Positions 33,246 to 43,551 of a stretch of 64,000 nucleotides of DNA are shown here, piece after piece. The stretch lies in sequence record OK570375. One strand, written 5' to 3'. Numbering within the stretch: the first letter of the stretch is position 1; each line of letters begins with the position of its first letter. Under the pieces are notes generated by a model. The model was not told where the DNA came from. It saw nothing but the letters and a program-made list of their open reading frames with translations, and did no database searches. The position numbers were made by a program, and so were the translations under genes. The DNA comes from Escherichia phage UoN_LDJ77_1.

Positions 33246-33328
33246 AGACCTTCCCCTTATGTTTCTGTTTGCGATTAGATTCTTTAAACGCTTTCTTCTT
33301 ATCCTTATGAACAGAAGCTTTATTAAAA

Positions 33329-33547
33329 TTATGTTTTGCGACTAAATTGTTCATAGTGCTGAATTACCTCTCTTAAACATTTGCATGTGAATGAAAACTT
33401 TTTAGCTACACCACATTCAAATATATGTTCTCTTAAATCGCGTGTATCGGTATATCCCATCTCAACAATAAAATGCCGTATTAGATTTTTATCTTTATCA
33501 TTGAGAGAATTAAAATAATCAGATTTTGAATTAATTTCCCTGGCCAA
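33329..33547 (-). CDS. hypothetical protein (72 aa)
   Basis: ORF track. Confidence 0.45.
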   Translation of the reverse strand: MAREINSKSDYFNSLNDKDKNLIRHFIVEMGYTDTRDLREHIFECGVAKKFSFTCKCLREVIQHYEQFSRKT

Positions 33548-33827
33548 ATTGAATCACCTTCAGTTGACGTTTTAACTCTTTTATCATTTCTTCGTTCATC
33601 GCAATATAAAGATCACGTAAAGCAGGTTTTAGCGTTCCATTTATTGGAGAACTAAATGGACATACATAATCTTTTCCTACAAGCTTTTTGGCGAATTCCA
33701 TATCGCAGAACTTAAATCCCGGCTCATTGGTATAAATTCCCCAATTAGTTGACATCATTTTATTAGCATATTCCAGTGCCTGGATTTGATTCATAATTCC
33801 ATCAATTTGAAACTTTTTAATATTCAT
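33531..33827 (-). CDS. hypothetical protein (98 aa)
   Basis: ORF track. Confidence 0.45.
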   Translation of the reverse strand: MNIKKFQIDGIMNQIQALEYANKMMSTNWGIYTNEPGFKFCDMEFAKKLVGKDYVCPFSSPINGTLKPALRDLYIAMNEEMIKELKRQLKVIQFGQGN

Positions 33828-34288
33828 TAGTAAAGGTCCTCAGAGTAAAGTTCTTTTTCATTACCACCACGTTCAATACGTACTTGTCCAGCATAAGTTG
33901 CAATAATCATTGCTTCTTCACGTGTCCAATAATTACTATATTGGTCAATAAACCCTTGGTCATCATTACAAACTTGTTGAGTAACTAATTGAGGTTTAAC
34001 TACATCTAAAACTTCTGCCATATCTTTAGAATAATGACGAGCACCTGGAATAATAAGAGTTCGTCCATCTTTTAATTTAAAACGGTTGGCTGCACAGACA
34101 ATTCGTCGTTGATACTTTTGGTTTTCATCCCAATACACAGTCTGCCAACAGATTTCAGGAACTTCATCTAAAACATTTTGTTCTGTATATTCACCACCGT
34201 AAGAAGCTAATTTAGCAGCCAGACTTTCCGGAGTCTCACGCGACAAAGCTTTATCTAACAGAGCTAAACGTTCTTTAAAAGTTTTCAT
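33827..34288 (-). CDS. hypothetical protein (153 aa)
   Basis: ORF track; ATGA coupling. Confidence 0.5.
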   Translation of the reverse strand: MKTFKERLALLDKALSRETPESLAAKLASYGGEYTEQNVLDEVPEICWQTVYWDENQKYQRRIVCAANRFKLKDGRTLIIPGARHYSKDMAEVLDVVKPQLVTQQVCNDDQGFIDQYSNYWTREEAMIIATYAGQVRIERGGNEKELYSEDLY

Positions 34289-34614
34289 TTAAACCATCCT
34301 TTAATACGTTGCCACAAAGTTTTCTGCTGAGCTTTGTTAACACCAATTGAACGAATAACCGGTTGAGATTCCTGGAATTCTTTATAATCGGCAAGGTAAA
34401 TTTCGTAAGCTGCATCCGTAAATGAACTTATCGCTGCCATGAAATTATTGCGAATACCTACTGGAGCATCTTTACTTTCACGAATAATCATATATTTACC
34501 AGTCTTAATCTTTACAATAGTTCCAAGATAAGCTCCATGGTACCAAATATCCCAACCCTCTTGAGTAGGTTCTGCGCAACGACGAAGTTCATTAACGATT
34601 TCTAACTTGTTCAT
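34285..34614 (-). CDS. hypothetical protein (109 aa, motA.1 position)
   Basis: ORF track. Confidence 0.5.
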   Translation of the reverse strand: MNKLEIVNELRRCAEPTQEGWDIWYHGAYLGTIVKIKTGKYMIIRESKDAPVGIRNNFMAAISSFTDAAYEIYLADYKEFQESQPVIRSIGVNKAQQKTLWQRIKGWFK

Positions 34615-34624
34615 TATTTATTCC

Positions 34625-35260
34625 TCACAGTTCAGATGCTACAGTGATTACAGCTTCAATGTTTTCTGCCGAGCGTTTAATGTCAAGATACACATTACCG
34701 TTTTTAGCGATTTTACATGACATTCCGATGTCAGTAAATTTCTGAATATGATGTTCCATCATTTTATATCCAAAAATTCGCATATTTCCATTGTTGTTAA
34801 TTTCAAAATTACGAATTCCGTGAGTACGTTTTTCTAAAATAGCGAGATAGTTACTACGATAAGTTTTAACCTTTTTAAGAACAAATCCATTTTCATCTAA
34901 AAGTTTTAACATGAGGTCTTTATCTTCTTCCATATCGGAAGTAATCTCACGAGCTTTACGAGTTGCTCGTTTTTTCAGCAGTTCTGGAGCATTTTCCTGC
35001 GCGTATAAAGTTGCTGCATTTGAAATAATATCTTGAGCTTCACCAGTAATGATTAATCCATCACCAGATTTCTCCACCAGGCCTTTTTTAATCAATACCC
35101 CAATATTACTATTAACTACTGCGTTACCTAAATCTGGATGCACCTCACGAACTTCTGCAGCTGTAATGAAATCTTTCTTAGCAATGGTAATTAAAATCGC
35201 AGCAGTTTTTTCATTCAGAACATCGTTAGAAGCTTTGATGATGTAAGTTACTTTAGACAT
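34625..35260 (-). CDS. motA: middle-transcription activator MotA (211 aa)
   Basis: 211 aa; sequence recalled as T4 MotA. Confidence 0.9.
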   Translation of the reverse strand: MSKVTYIIKASNDVLNEKTAAILITIAKKDFITAAEVREVHPDLGNAVVNSNIGVLIKKGLVEKSGDGLIITGEAQDIISNAATLYAQENAPELLKKRATRKAREITSDMEEDKDLMLKLLDENGFVLKKVKTYRSNYLAILEKRTHGIRNFEINNNGNMRIFGYKMMEHHIQKFTDIGMSCKIAKNGNVYLDIKRSAENIEAVITVASEL

Positions 35261-35357
35261 TTTGTTTCTCCGTAGTTGATAAGACTATAATACCATAAGT
35301 TAAAGCAGAAGTAAACTTTATTTTGAGCTCTTTTTCAAGAGCTCTGGTAAAAATTAC

Positions 35358-35573
35358 TTAGATTGATAGGTCTTTAATCTTAGCTATTAAAACAGCTTTT
35401 CCTTCACGAAGTTTTTCCAGTTTACGACCATTAGAGCCGCGAACTACTAAGGAATTTATCTCCACTTCCAACCAATTTAGTTTTTCAACTAGTTCTTTAC
35501 GTTTAGCATTCATGCCGGGTTTAACTTTACCGAAACGGGTGGTAGTGTTTTGAGTATTTTTCATCTTATTCAT
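35358..35573 (-). CDS. hypothetical basic protein (71 aa)
   Basis: ORF track; preceded by early-type promoter. Confidence 0.45.
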   Translation of the reverse strand: MNKMKNTQNTTTRFGKVKPGMNAKRKELVEKLNWLEVEINSLVVRGSNGRKLEKLREGKAVLIAKIKDLSI

Positions 35574-35615
35574 TTTAATCTCCAGTTATTTTTCTGTATC
35601 AGTGTTGATAGGGTA

Positions 35616-35645
35616 ATAGTACCATGGAATGCTTTGGTTGTAAAC
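35616..35645 (-). promoter_or_regulatory. T4 early-type promoter (GTTTAC-N18-TACTAT)
   Basis: Same architecture as other early promoters in the window. Confidence 0.45.
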
Positions 35646-35665
35646 CGTTTTGTGAAAAAAATTTT

Positions 35666-35695
35666 AAATAAAAAAGGGAGAGCCTCGGCTCTCCC
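35666..35695 (-). terminator. intrinsic terminator hairpin (GGGAGAGC / GCTCTCCC) with U-run
   Basis: 8-bp GC-rich stem, 4-nt loop, T-rich tail on minus strand. Confidence 0.5.
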
Positions 35696-35700
35696 TAAAA

Positions 35701-35850
35701 TTACTGCATGACTGTGATAACTGTCATGATAACACGTTGAATTCCGAACGCAAGAAGACCTCCTGCTACGGCTGGAACAACGCCTAAACCTGCCAGTAAA
35801 ATGCTACCAGATACTAATGCAGCGCTTGTAATACCTATGAATGGACTCAT
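35701..35850 (-). CDS. small hydrophobic membrane protein (49 aa), start overlaps gene 52 stop
   Basis: Hand-translated MSPFIGITSAALVSGSILLAGLGVVPAVAGGLLAFGIQRVIMTVITVMQ; ATGA overlap with gene 52. Confidence 0.4.
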   Translation of the reverse strand: MSPFIGITSAALVSGSILLAGLGVVPAVAGGLLAFGIQRVIMTVITVMQ

Positions 35851-37175
35851 TTGATTTCCTCTAAATCTTTGGTGTATTCTGTAACTACATCAGTAGTTTT
35901 CCAATGTTCGTTTTCTTCTTTCTTAGCTTTAGCTTCTTCAGCAAGTTTCTTTGCTTCATCAGAAGTCATATGAAAAATATTCATACCAACTAGTTTATCA
36001 ACATAAGAAGAATACATATCAATTTTAGAAAGTTCTTCGGTCAGTTCTTTACGAGTTTTACCTTGTACAACAATTTCACCTGAAATTACTTTCTTAATGA
36101 AATGTGCCTTGGCAAAGGCTAAACGAAAAGCTGACTCAGTTTCTTTAATTTTGTTATCAATTCGTTTTTGGACATAAGTTTTACGAACTTCAACAAAGTC
36201 TTTAATTAAATCAACTACGTTATCGTAAACTTGTAGTTTTCCTTTCTCATTAATAATCGTAATATTTTGGGAACGACGCTCAATCAACCCGAAGTCTTTC
36301 ATGATTTTTGCATGGCGTTCTTCTTCGTTATCACTCAAAGCGTATTCTTTGCGGAATTTAACTTTGAATCCAAAACCGTGCTCACCGCAAGCATCATCCC
36401 ATGTAATGAAGCCTTTATCTTCAAGTGGGTCTAAGATTTTACTTACATAAGTTTCACGATCATACTTATATGGAATCTCAGTGATATGCATTTGAGTTCG
36501 TGAAGTAAACTTATATGTTCCACGAATTTCATACTGCCCATCAATTTCAACAACTTCACCACGAAATTCTGGGAATTCTACCTTCGGTTTAGTTACTTTC
36601 TTTCCTTGAAGAGCTTGTAGTACAGCTTTCTTGACAGAAGAAACACTATGAGGAAGAATGTAAGTTGCATAACCAGTTGCAATACCGGAAACACCATTAA
36701 GAAGAACAGTAGGAATAACAGGCAAATAGAAAGCAGGCGGAATGTGTTCTTTATCTTGATGTACCGGAGCATATTCAGTATCTTTATATACACTATAGAA
36801 ATTTTTACTTACACGAGCAAAAATATAACGACTCGCCGCTGCCTTTTGAACGGTACGAGAACCAAAGTTTCCTTGACCATCTAACAGAGGAAAGTTATTA
36901 TTCCAAGTATTAGCCATCAAAGCACCTGCGTCTTGTGCAGAGTTTTCGCCATGGTGATATCCAAGGTCCGCTACACCACCTGCAATAGAAGCAAGTTTGT
37001 GAAACTTATCTTTATTTCCTCGTGCCAAATCAAGGGCTCGAGCAATAACAAATCGTTGAACTGGCTTAAATCCATCAATCATATTTGGAATAGCACGATT
37101 TTCAACCGTGTACATAGCATAAGCCAATGCTTCATTATCAATGATACTTTTTAAATCGCGATTATTCAGTTGCAT
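35847..37175 (-). CDS. 52: DNA topoisomerase II medium subunit gp52 (442 aa)
   Basis: GyrA-like breakage-reunion domain; 442 aa as in T4. Confidence 0.95.
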   Translation of the reverse strand: MQLNNRDLKSIIDNEALAYAMYTVENRAIPNMIDGFKPVQRFVIARALDLARGNKDKFHKLASIAGGVADLGYHHGENSAQDAGALMANTWNNNFPLLDGQGNFGSRTVQKAAASRYIFARVSKNFYSVYKDTEYAPVHQDKEHIPPAFYLPVIPTVLLNGVSGIATGYATYILPHSVSSVKKAVLQALQGKKVTKPKVEFPEFRGEVVEIDGQYEIRGTYKFTSRTQMHITEIPYKYDRETYVSKILDPLEDKGFITWDDACGEHGFGFKVKFRKEYALSDNEEERHAKIMKDFGLIERRSQNITIINEKGKLQVYDNVVDLIKDFVEVRKTYVQKRIDNKIKETESAFRLAFAKAHFIKKVISGEIVVQGKTRKELTEELSKIDMYSSYVDKLVGMNIFHMTSDEAKKLAEEAKAKKEENEHWKTTDVVTEYTKDLEEIK

Positions 37176-37179
37176 AAAT

Positions 37180-37320
37180 TTACCATACTAGTGAATGTAG
37201 TGCCATAATAACATCAGAAATGAAAAGCACGACTTGAATTAATCCGAACATTATTCCGTAATATAATGCTATCAATAAAATAGCAAGGGCTAATGAATAG
37301 CCCAAGATTTTCTTAATCAT
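37180..37320 (-). CDS. small membrane protein (46 aa)
   Basis: Hand-translated MIKKILGYSLALAILLIALYYGIMFGLIQVVLFISDVIMALHSLVW; start overlaps ac stop. Confidence 0.35.
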   Translation of the reverse strand: MIKKILGYSLALAILLIALYYGIMFGLIQVVLFISDVIMALHSLVW

Positions 37321-37471
37321 TAGTAGATAACAACACAAATGTTAAATATGCACACATACCCTGAGCTAAAGCTTGCGAAAACACACTGCTAGCATCGATA
37401 CAGATAGTTAAAACACATGCTACTATCCAACAAATAAATGAAATAACTCCTAATAATTTTGCAATATTCAT
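37313..37471 (-). CDS. ac: small membrane protein (52 aa), ac (acridine sensitivity) position
   Basis: Hand-translated MNIAKLLGVISFICWIVACVLTICIDASSV...; GAGGAAAAT SD; size and position like T4 ac. Confidence 0.5.
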   Translation of the reverse strand: MNIAKLLGVISFICWIVACVLTICIDASSVFSQALAQGMCAYLTFVLLSTND

Positions 37472-37558
37472 ATTTTCCTCACTGGCGTCCGAAGACGCCT
37501 TTAGTTTTAAGATTATTACGATAGAACTGCATCACATGTTCGTTATGGAAATTACTCA

Positions 37559-38017
37559 TTAATATGCCTGCAAAACGAATTTAAAGTTATCAGCCAACAT
37601 ACGATTCATTTCTTCAAGTGTTTGATACTCAGAATGATGATTACGAGTAAACGCCAAAGCTAACTGACCTTTACCAAATCCCGTCGTTAGAGGTTTCATC
37701 TTAGAAGCAGGCAGATAAAATACTGTGTATGGAACATTGTTATTTGCAATAGTACGCGCAAGCTGAGACCGACGTTGACGAATATGACTTAGAACTGCGC
37801 TGAATCCTTGCTTAGAACGCTGATTGCCTACATAAAATCGTGCAGACACGCATGGATTACTAAATGGACGACCATCTAATTTACTCACTAAAAAGTAAAA
37901 TCCAGGTTTAGATAAAATATCTTTATGCGGAGTTCCTAAAAACCATTCACCACCCTTGATTGTACCAATAACAGTTGCGCCTGCATTGTTCAGATCAGTA
38001 ACAGTCATATATTTCAT
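37559..38017 (-). CDS. ndd: nucleoid disruption protein Ndd (from MKYMTVTDL)
   Basis: Sequence recalled as T4 Ndd; GAGGAAA SD before internal ATG. Confidence 0.8.
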
Positions 38018-38075
38018 ATTAATTTCCTCTAAATTATTTTCTACTCCAAGGCCGCATGAATACGCGGCCATTAAA

Positions 38076-38291
38076 TTAATCGTCGCAGTCGACGCTCAAT
38101 TCCCAAAACTCTTCTACAGTATAAGTTTCAGTATCATTTTCAATACAGAAACGTTCATTACTGTTATTTGTTAAAGTAGCATTAACTGTCGGTTTCTCGC
38201 TAGTGCTCTTAAGAGGTGAAATACGAATTAACTGATCACCGCTATCTAAACAGAAAATTTCGCCGACTTTTACATCTTTAAAGCTTTTCAT
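38076..38291 (-). CDS. hypothetical protein (71 aa)
   Basis: ORF track. Confidence 0.45.
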   Translation of the reverse strand: MKSFKDVKVGEIFCLDSGDQLIRISPLKSTSEKPTVNATLTNNSNERFCIENDTETYTVEEFWELSVDCDD

Positions 38292-38406
38292 AATTCACCT
38301 CAAGGAGTATAAAATCCAAACGCAGTTGTTGACCATCCCATCCAATATGGAAAATTTGCGCCAATGTAAAACATAAGAATATAAAACCAAATGTTTAGTA
38401 AATTCA

Positions 38407-38625
38407 TCATTTTACACCATTCCAAATTGTTTCAACTACGGATTTTAAACCATTTTGATGAATATCCATTCCGACTACCGCCATCAAATAGATTCCAACT
38501 ACAACTGAACCTAAGGCAAAAATCAGCATGAAAATGAATAAAGCCGGAAAAATATTATCGAAAAACCATTCAATAAATGTAAAAGCACTGCGTTTACGCT
38601 TCATATTTTCCTCACATAAATCCAA
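38407..38625 (-). CDS. hypothetical membrane protein (72 aa)
   Basis: ORF track; hydrophobic. Confidence 0.45.
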   Translation of the reverse strand: MDLCEENMKRKRSAFTFIEWFFDNIFPALFIFMLIFALGSVVVGIYLMAVVGMDIHQNGLKSVVETIWNGVK

Positions 38626-38725
38626 AGTAAGCGTTTAATACATCAATCATTAAAACGATTGGGAATATACTCAAAACTATTATTATTATAACTACATTCC
38701 ATATAGCTTTAATAATCTTTTTCAT
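38612..38725 (-). CDS. small membrane protein (37 aa, MKKIIKAIWNVVIIIIVLSIFPIVLMIDVLNAYFGFM)
   Basis: GGAGGAACAG SD and early promoter upstream; the 82-aa track ORF reads through promoter and SD. Confidence 0.35.
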   Translation of the reverse strand: MKKIIKAIWNVVIIIIVLSIFPIVLMIDVLNAYFGFM

Positions 38726-38968
38726 TTTCTGTTCCTCCGTAGTTGATAGGGTAATAGTACCACGGAAGAACAGTCTTGTAAACAACTTTTTTAAAAATAT
38801 TCGTAATAAATGTGAATACCAACTACTACCGCTGAAACCTGTGCAACCCACCACGCGCAAGCAATAAGTACAGAATTCAAAATTTTCATAATAACCTCAT
38901 TACAAAAGTAAATGTTAAACAAATTAATGGAATACTAATTAACCAAACGAAACACCACCATAGTGAAC

Positions 38969-39232
38969 TCATAACTCAATCTCAGCGATTTTCATTTCAT
39001 TACTATTAATAGCCGCTTTAAGACTATCTGAAAGAATTACATTCCAGTGGTCATTCATATGACCACTAACTAAGCGTGTAATTTCTTCGGGAGTTGAAAA
39101 ATAAGGCGTATCAGACTCCCAATGCGATAATCCTAAGCGAGTATAAATCATACCTTCATCATCGCTAGAATATTCAACTGACACAAACTCATCAGTTATT
39201 TTATGTTTAGCGTAATAAAATTTAAATTTCAT
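38969..39232 (-). CDS. hypothetical protein (87 aa)
   Basis: ORF track. Confidence 0.5.
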   Translation of the reverse strand: MKFKFYYAKHKITDEFVSVEYSSDDEGMIYTRLGLSHWESDTPYFSTPEEITRLVSGHMNDHWNVILSDSLKAAINSNEMKIAEIEL

Positions 39233-39307
39233 TTTCCGCTCCTCCGTAGTTGATAGGGTAATAGTACCACGGTCCTTGTGGTATGTAAACCGTTTTGTGA
39301 AAAATTT

Positions 39308-39865
39308 TTAAATGGAAAGATACCATCCGTTGTAGTTGCTTTTTCTTACAACCTTACGAAGGTCTTCTCTGTCACCGATGAACTTCGGAGTGTACTGGAT
39401 GACACCTGGATGAATTTCTTTAGTGTTGAATATAATTATACAGTCAGCGACTTGATGATTTAGAATGGGCCCTAAATTTATTCCAGAACCATATGGATAC
39501 TCTCCGCTGCATCCCGTTGTTACCGAAATCCAACGCGAGTCAGTTTGATGTGTTTTGACTTCTACACGAAGCCCGCAATATTTTGGATGCGCTAAAACAT
39601 CCCATGCATACGTGTACGGATCATCGACATTTTCTTGGCCTTTATTGACATATCCGCTTAGCCAATCTGCCACAAAAAACTCTGCGTACACAGCGATACG
39701 GCATCTTTCGATAACTTCTGCCTTATCCTGATTCGGATTTTGTTTTAAAGAGTATCTTGCTGTATCAGCAATTTTGACCTTCATTTCACTAGTCAAGTCA
39801 CTGTTCGATAGGGTAAATGTCGGAATCTGAAATAGTCTCTGTAAACCCGGATTCGTTTTCTGCAT
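39308..39865 (-). CDS. denB: endonuclease IV DenB (185 aa)
   Basis: 185 aa and position next to rIIB as in T4. Confidence 0.75.
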   Translation of the reverse strand: MQKTNPGLQRLFQIPTFTLSNSDLTSEMKVKIADTARYSLKQNPNQDKAEVIERCRIAVYAEFFVADWLSGYVNKGQENVDDPYTYAWDVLAHPKYCGLRVEVKTHQTDSRWISVTTGCSGEYPYGSGINLGPILNHQVADCIIIFNTKEIHPGVIQYTPKFIGDREDLRKVVRKSNYNGWYLSI

Positions 39866-39928
39866 TAAACTTTCCTTTTACGTCGGAATCATAATTTCTC
39901 TTAAAACAAAAGGGCCGAAGCCCTTATT

Positions 39929-40123
39929 TTATTTGAATTGTGCGATTCTTTTCTCTAGACACTCAGCATAAGATTTCATTGAGATGAACTGTGAAAGCAG
40001 CAGTTCTTGCTCAACTGCACTAACCGTTAGAAACTTTGTGCTTTCTAAAAATTTGCTCAGTGCATTAATTTTGAGCATTAATTGATCGTATTCTTCTTTT
40101 ACTCGTGCTTGATAACCTAACAT
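39929..40123 (-). CDS. hypothetical coiled-coil protein (64 aa, denB.1 position)
   Basis: ORF track; flanked by near-identical hairpin repeats. Confidence 0.45.
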   Translation of the reverse strand: MLGYQARVKEEYDQLMLKINALSKFLESTKFLTVSAVEQELLLSQFISMKSYAECLEKRIAQFK

Positions 40124-40155
40124 AATTTTCCTTAATATGATAAGGGCCGAAGCCC

Positions 40156-41094
40156 TTATTTAAATTGTTCAGTAACGTCTTCAACTACTTCGTATTGGCA
40201 GGTACGCATTTTAGCATCGTTGTAATCAATCGGAATTGATACTACATCACGTGGATGTACTTTAACTTTTACAACTCGGCTGGTTGAACTGCCAAAGTGA
40301 CGAATATAAGATTTAGAACACACATGCAGACCACGAGAACAAGTTTGTGTATCATCGTCATTCACACGAGTACGCGGCATTTTAACTACTTTACCAGGAC
40401 TGTTATCAAAGGTGTTTGAGTGACAGTCAAAGTAGTTGTCACGAACTACTTTCCAAGCATAGAAGTAACCATCTTCTGTAATTTCAATATCGTTTGCTAC
40501 CAAGAAATCAAAGAGTCGAGATACCGCTTTCTGGCTTGGGTTTTCCAGCAGATTTTCCAAGAACGGAAAATAAAATTCAAAGTTTTCACCTTTTTCCATC
40601 GAATCGAGAATACGATCAACTAAACCAGACCGTAATTCGATATTTTGATAGAACAAGCTTCCGCCTTCAATTCGAACATCGCCGGAAATATATTTTTCAA
40701 CAGCGCGACGAACATTAATTTTTTGTGCCGCTTCTTCCAACTTATCTGCTACAAGCAGATTAAGAATTTCCTGGAAGTTTGAATGAGTATTAGGAGTTGC
40801 GTTATAAGTTATACCGTCAACAGTAATTGAAATGAATTTTTTAGATGCATTCCAAATAATGTCAGATTTAGCAACTGGAGCAATAACTGCATCGTTATTA
40901 ACTTTAATTGTAATATCACCGCTAATAGTAACTTTAGAGCGTTTAGCTTCTTCAGCATTTTTCAAAACACGACGAATTGTGTCAACCGATACACCTTGCC
41001 AATCAGCCAATTCCTGTTGGGTGTAATTACCGCTTGAATACAATTTAACAATTTCAGCTTGTTCGTTTTTGGTCAGGCATTTAATATTGTACAT
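40156..41094 (-). CDS. rIIB: rIIB (312 aa)
   Basis: 312 aa, adjacent to rIIA. Confidence 0.9.
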   Translation of the reverse strand: MYNIKCLTKNEQAEIVKLYSSGNYTQQELADWQGVSVDTIRRVLKNAEEAKRSKVTISGDITIKVNNDAVIAPVAKSDIIWNASKKFISITVDGITYNATPNTHSNFQEILNLLVADKLEEAAQKINVRRAVEKYISGDVRIEGGSLFYQNIELRSGLVDRILDSMEKGENFEFYFPFLENLLENPSQKAVSRLFDFLVANDIEITEDGYFYAWKVVRDNYFDCHSNTFDNSPGKVVKMPRTRVNDDDTQTCSRGLHVCSKSYIRHFGSSTSRVVKVKVHPRDVVSIPIDYNDAKMRTCQYEVVEDVTEQFK

Positions 41095-41105
41095 AATTTT
41101 CCTTA

Positions 41106-43283
41106 TTAGGCCGCAAGGGCCTTCATAGTTTTAGCGATTTGGGAAACTTCATCATCACTTAAAGAGTTGCGATAACCGATGAAGTCGGAAACAATACGGA
41201 ATTTCTTGGTAAACTCAGCAACCATTTTATCACTGTTTTTTGAAGCATTATTTGATAATACATCAAAAAGATTAGTTACTGTCCAGATGTCATGACCAAT
41301 GGTATCTTTTCCACCATTAAAATATACACCCTGTAATGAACTAACCATATTAGCGAGTCGTGTATATTCTTCAGAAACTTCATCTACACTGAAGTACTTC
41401 ATCATAAAATCTAACTCAGGATACTTGATAATTTTATCAATATATCGTTTAGCTGAACTTGAATAACCTACATACTTATCATAATCTACATCATCAAAAG
41501 CATCTACATATAAATCACGCAAAGCTTCAAAAATACATTGACACTGACCAAGCTCTTTTACCTTTTTCTGTAAAAGCGGACGAATAACATAAAATTCATT
41601 AATGCCAATAAGATTAGCCATACGAATCAAAATATTCATAGATGGATGACAAAGCGATGTAGTACCATCCATAGAGAAAATATCAGAACGATGCATATAC
41701 GCTACATAACCAGTAATTTCATCTGCTTCTGACGTAAGTGTAAATAGTTCCTCTTTTTCCCAGCGCCCGTCTTTAATTTCAAATTTAAATGCTGTAGCAG
41801 CTTTAGGACGAGGAGCTTTACTTTTAACTACCTTTGGAATATAGCTTTTAACTAAAGCTTCAATTTCTGACAAATAATGAATGTTAACTTCATCATTTTC
41901 AAACATTGCCATAATATCAGGAAGTAAATCAATCTGTGATTCTACTTCCGGATTAATAAACAGAAGACGTTCGTTATGATGAATATTCAGAGTGTTATTA
42001 AATTCACTATCATCTAATGCACGTGCTAATCCACGGACAATATTAACACGATTTTTAATATTATCAATAACGATATTAATTTTTGTTGTATTAATACCAA
42101 ACAGACGATAACTTGATGCAATGGCTGAAGTTTCATGACTTTGCTTAATGCGCTTCAGTCGAGGGTCAAGATTTACTTCATACACAACCCCTGCATTACA
42201 TAACTTACTGTCAGGTTCAAACATACTCTGCATCTTCTTATATGACAGATTTTTAGTCGTGAATTTGACTGAATTACTAATCATATAATCTCGAGCAGAA
42301 TACCCCATCTTCATTAATTCGCGATATGTATGACGAGGAGATGTAGATTCTTTAAATCGTTTTACATCTTCATTAAATGCTTTCTCACTGAGTTCTTTAA
42401 CTCGTTCAATAATATTTTTACGAGTGCGATCGTCTAATGAAAGAGCTTCGCGTGATGGGGCAATATCAAGTGAACCCATTGGAAACTTAATGTAATTCAC
42501 TTCATTGCGAATGCTTAACCAGTTGCGGTCTCTAATAACACCATCAATAGGATAAACAATACCGCCATAGATAGCATATAATCCACCACGATCTGGCCAG
42601 TATCTTTCTGGATTTACGCCGTAATAATCATCAAAATCCGGAAAATAGTCAATTTCACGGTCAAGACCATTAATGATAGCCAAATCTTTGAATGGTCGCA
42701 TGATATAAGAAACTTCATAAGCAAAGTTTCTAAAGTCTTTTTCTTCAACTGGAACTACGATTTCAATACCAGTTTTATCATCTGGACCCATTTCTTTTAC
42801 GAATGTAGGTTTAATTTGTGGACCATCGCCATCCATGTAAGCTACATAACCACGAATTTCACCTTTATGGTATGAAGTAATACTAAACGTATCAGTATAA
42901 CTAAACGGAGATTTAGAACCTAAACCAAATCCGCCAATGAAATCGTTAGATTCAGCCTTAGATGAACTGAAGTATGAATTATACAGACCAGGAGAATTAT
43001 CATCACCCTGAATATCAAAATCACTCATACCCGGACCAAAATCTCGACAAACAAATCGTGGATCTAAACGTCCAGGAACTTGTATGATAAATTTTTCAGG
43101 ATTTCCATTGAGAGCATGGGCATCAATCATGTTGGTAATCAATTCACGGACTACTGCGCGAATCTTGTTTGTATACAAATCAGATGACAGAATTTTAAAT
43201 ACTTTAGGAGATGCTGTGATGCTAAATGCTTTTGATTTAGAACCATTACCAAGAATTGTTTCTTTTTCAGTGGTGATAATCAT
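41106..43283 (-). CDS. rIIA: rIIA (725 aa)
   Basis: 725 aa with N-terminal GHKL-like ATPase region. Confidence 0.9.
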   Translation of the reverse strand: MIITTEKETILGNGSKSKAFSITASPKVFKILSSDLYTNKIRAVVRELITNMIDAHALNGNPEKFIIQVPGRLDPRFVCRDFGPGMSDFDIQGDDNSPGLYNSYFSSSKAESNDFIGGFGLGSKSPFSYTDTFSITSYHKGEIRGYVAYMDGDGPQIKPTFVKEMGPDDKTGIEIVVPVEEKDFRNFAYEVSYIMRPFKDLAIINGLDREIDYFPDFDDYYGVNPERYWPDRGGLYAIYGGIVYPIDGVIRDRNWLSIRNEVNYIKFPMGSLDIAPSREALSLDDRTRKNIIERVKELSEKAFNEDVKRFKESTSPRHTYRELMKMGYSARDYMISNSVKFTTKNLSYKKMQSMFEPDSKLCNAGVVYEVNLDPRLKRIKQSHETSAIASSYRLFGINTTKINIVIDNIKNRVNIVRGLARALDDSEFNNTLNIHHNERLLFINPEVESQIDLLPDIMAMFENDEVNIHYLSEIEALVKSYIPKVVKSKAPRPKAATAFKFEIKDGRWEKEELFTLTSEADEITGYVAYMHRSDIFSMDGTTSLCHPSMNILIRMANLIGINEFYVIRPLLQKKVKELGQCQCIFEALRDLYVDAFDDVDYDKYVGYSSSAKRYIDKIIKYPELDFMMKYFSVDEVSEEYTRLANMVSSLQGVYFNGGKDTIGHDIWTVTNLFDVLSNNASKNSDKMVAEFTKKFRIVSDFIGYRNSLSDDEVSQIAKTMKALAA

Positions 43284-43293
43284 AATTTCCTCA

Positions 43294-43497
43294 TTAATTC
43301 ATATTGCGTTTAATAACTTCAGCAACTTCTAGTAGTTCATCTTTAGTTGCGGTGTCGGATTGAATTTTATCTCTAATATCTTTAAAGCGGTTTTTAAATT
43401 CTTCGGCTTCTCCCATATCGAAAAAGCGTTGAATGATTCTATATTCTCGATGAACTGCTTTATCAAAAAGTTCTAAATTTACTTTATATGATTTCAT
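43294..43497 (-). CDS. hypothetical protein (67 aa, rIIA.1 position)
   Basis: ORF track. Confidence 0.5.
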   Translation of the reverse strand: MKSYKVNLELFDKAVHREYRIIQRFFDMGEAEEFKNRFKDIRDKIQSDTATKDELLEVAEVIKRNMN

Positions 43498-43551
43498 TTC
43501 AATATCCTCATTTGTCCAATTAATTATACCACATCCTTGTGGTAAAGTAAA

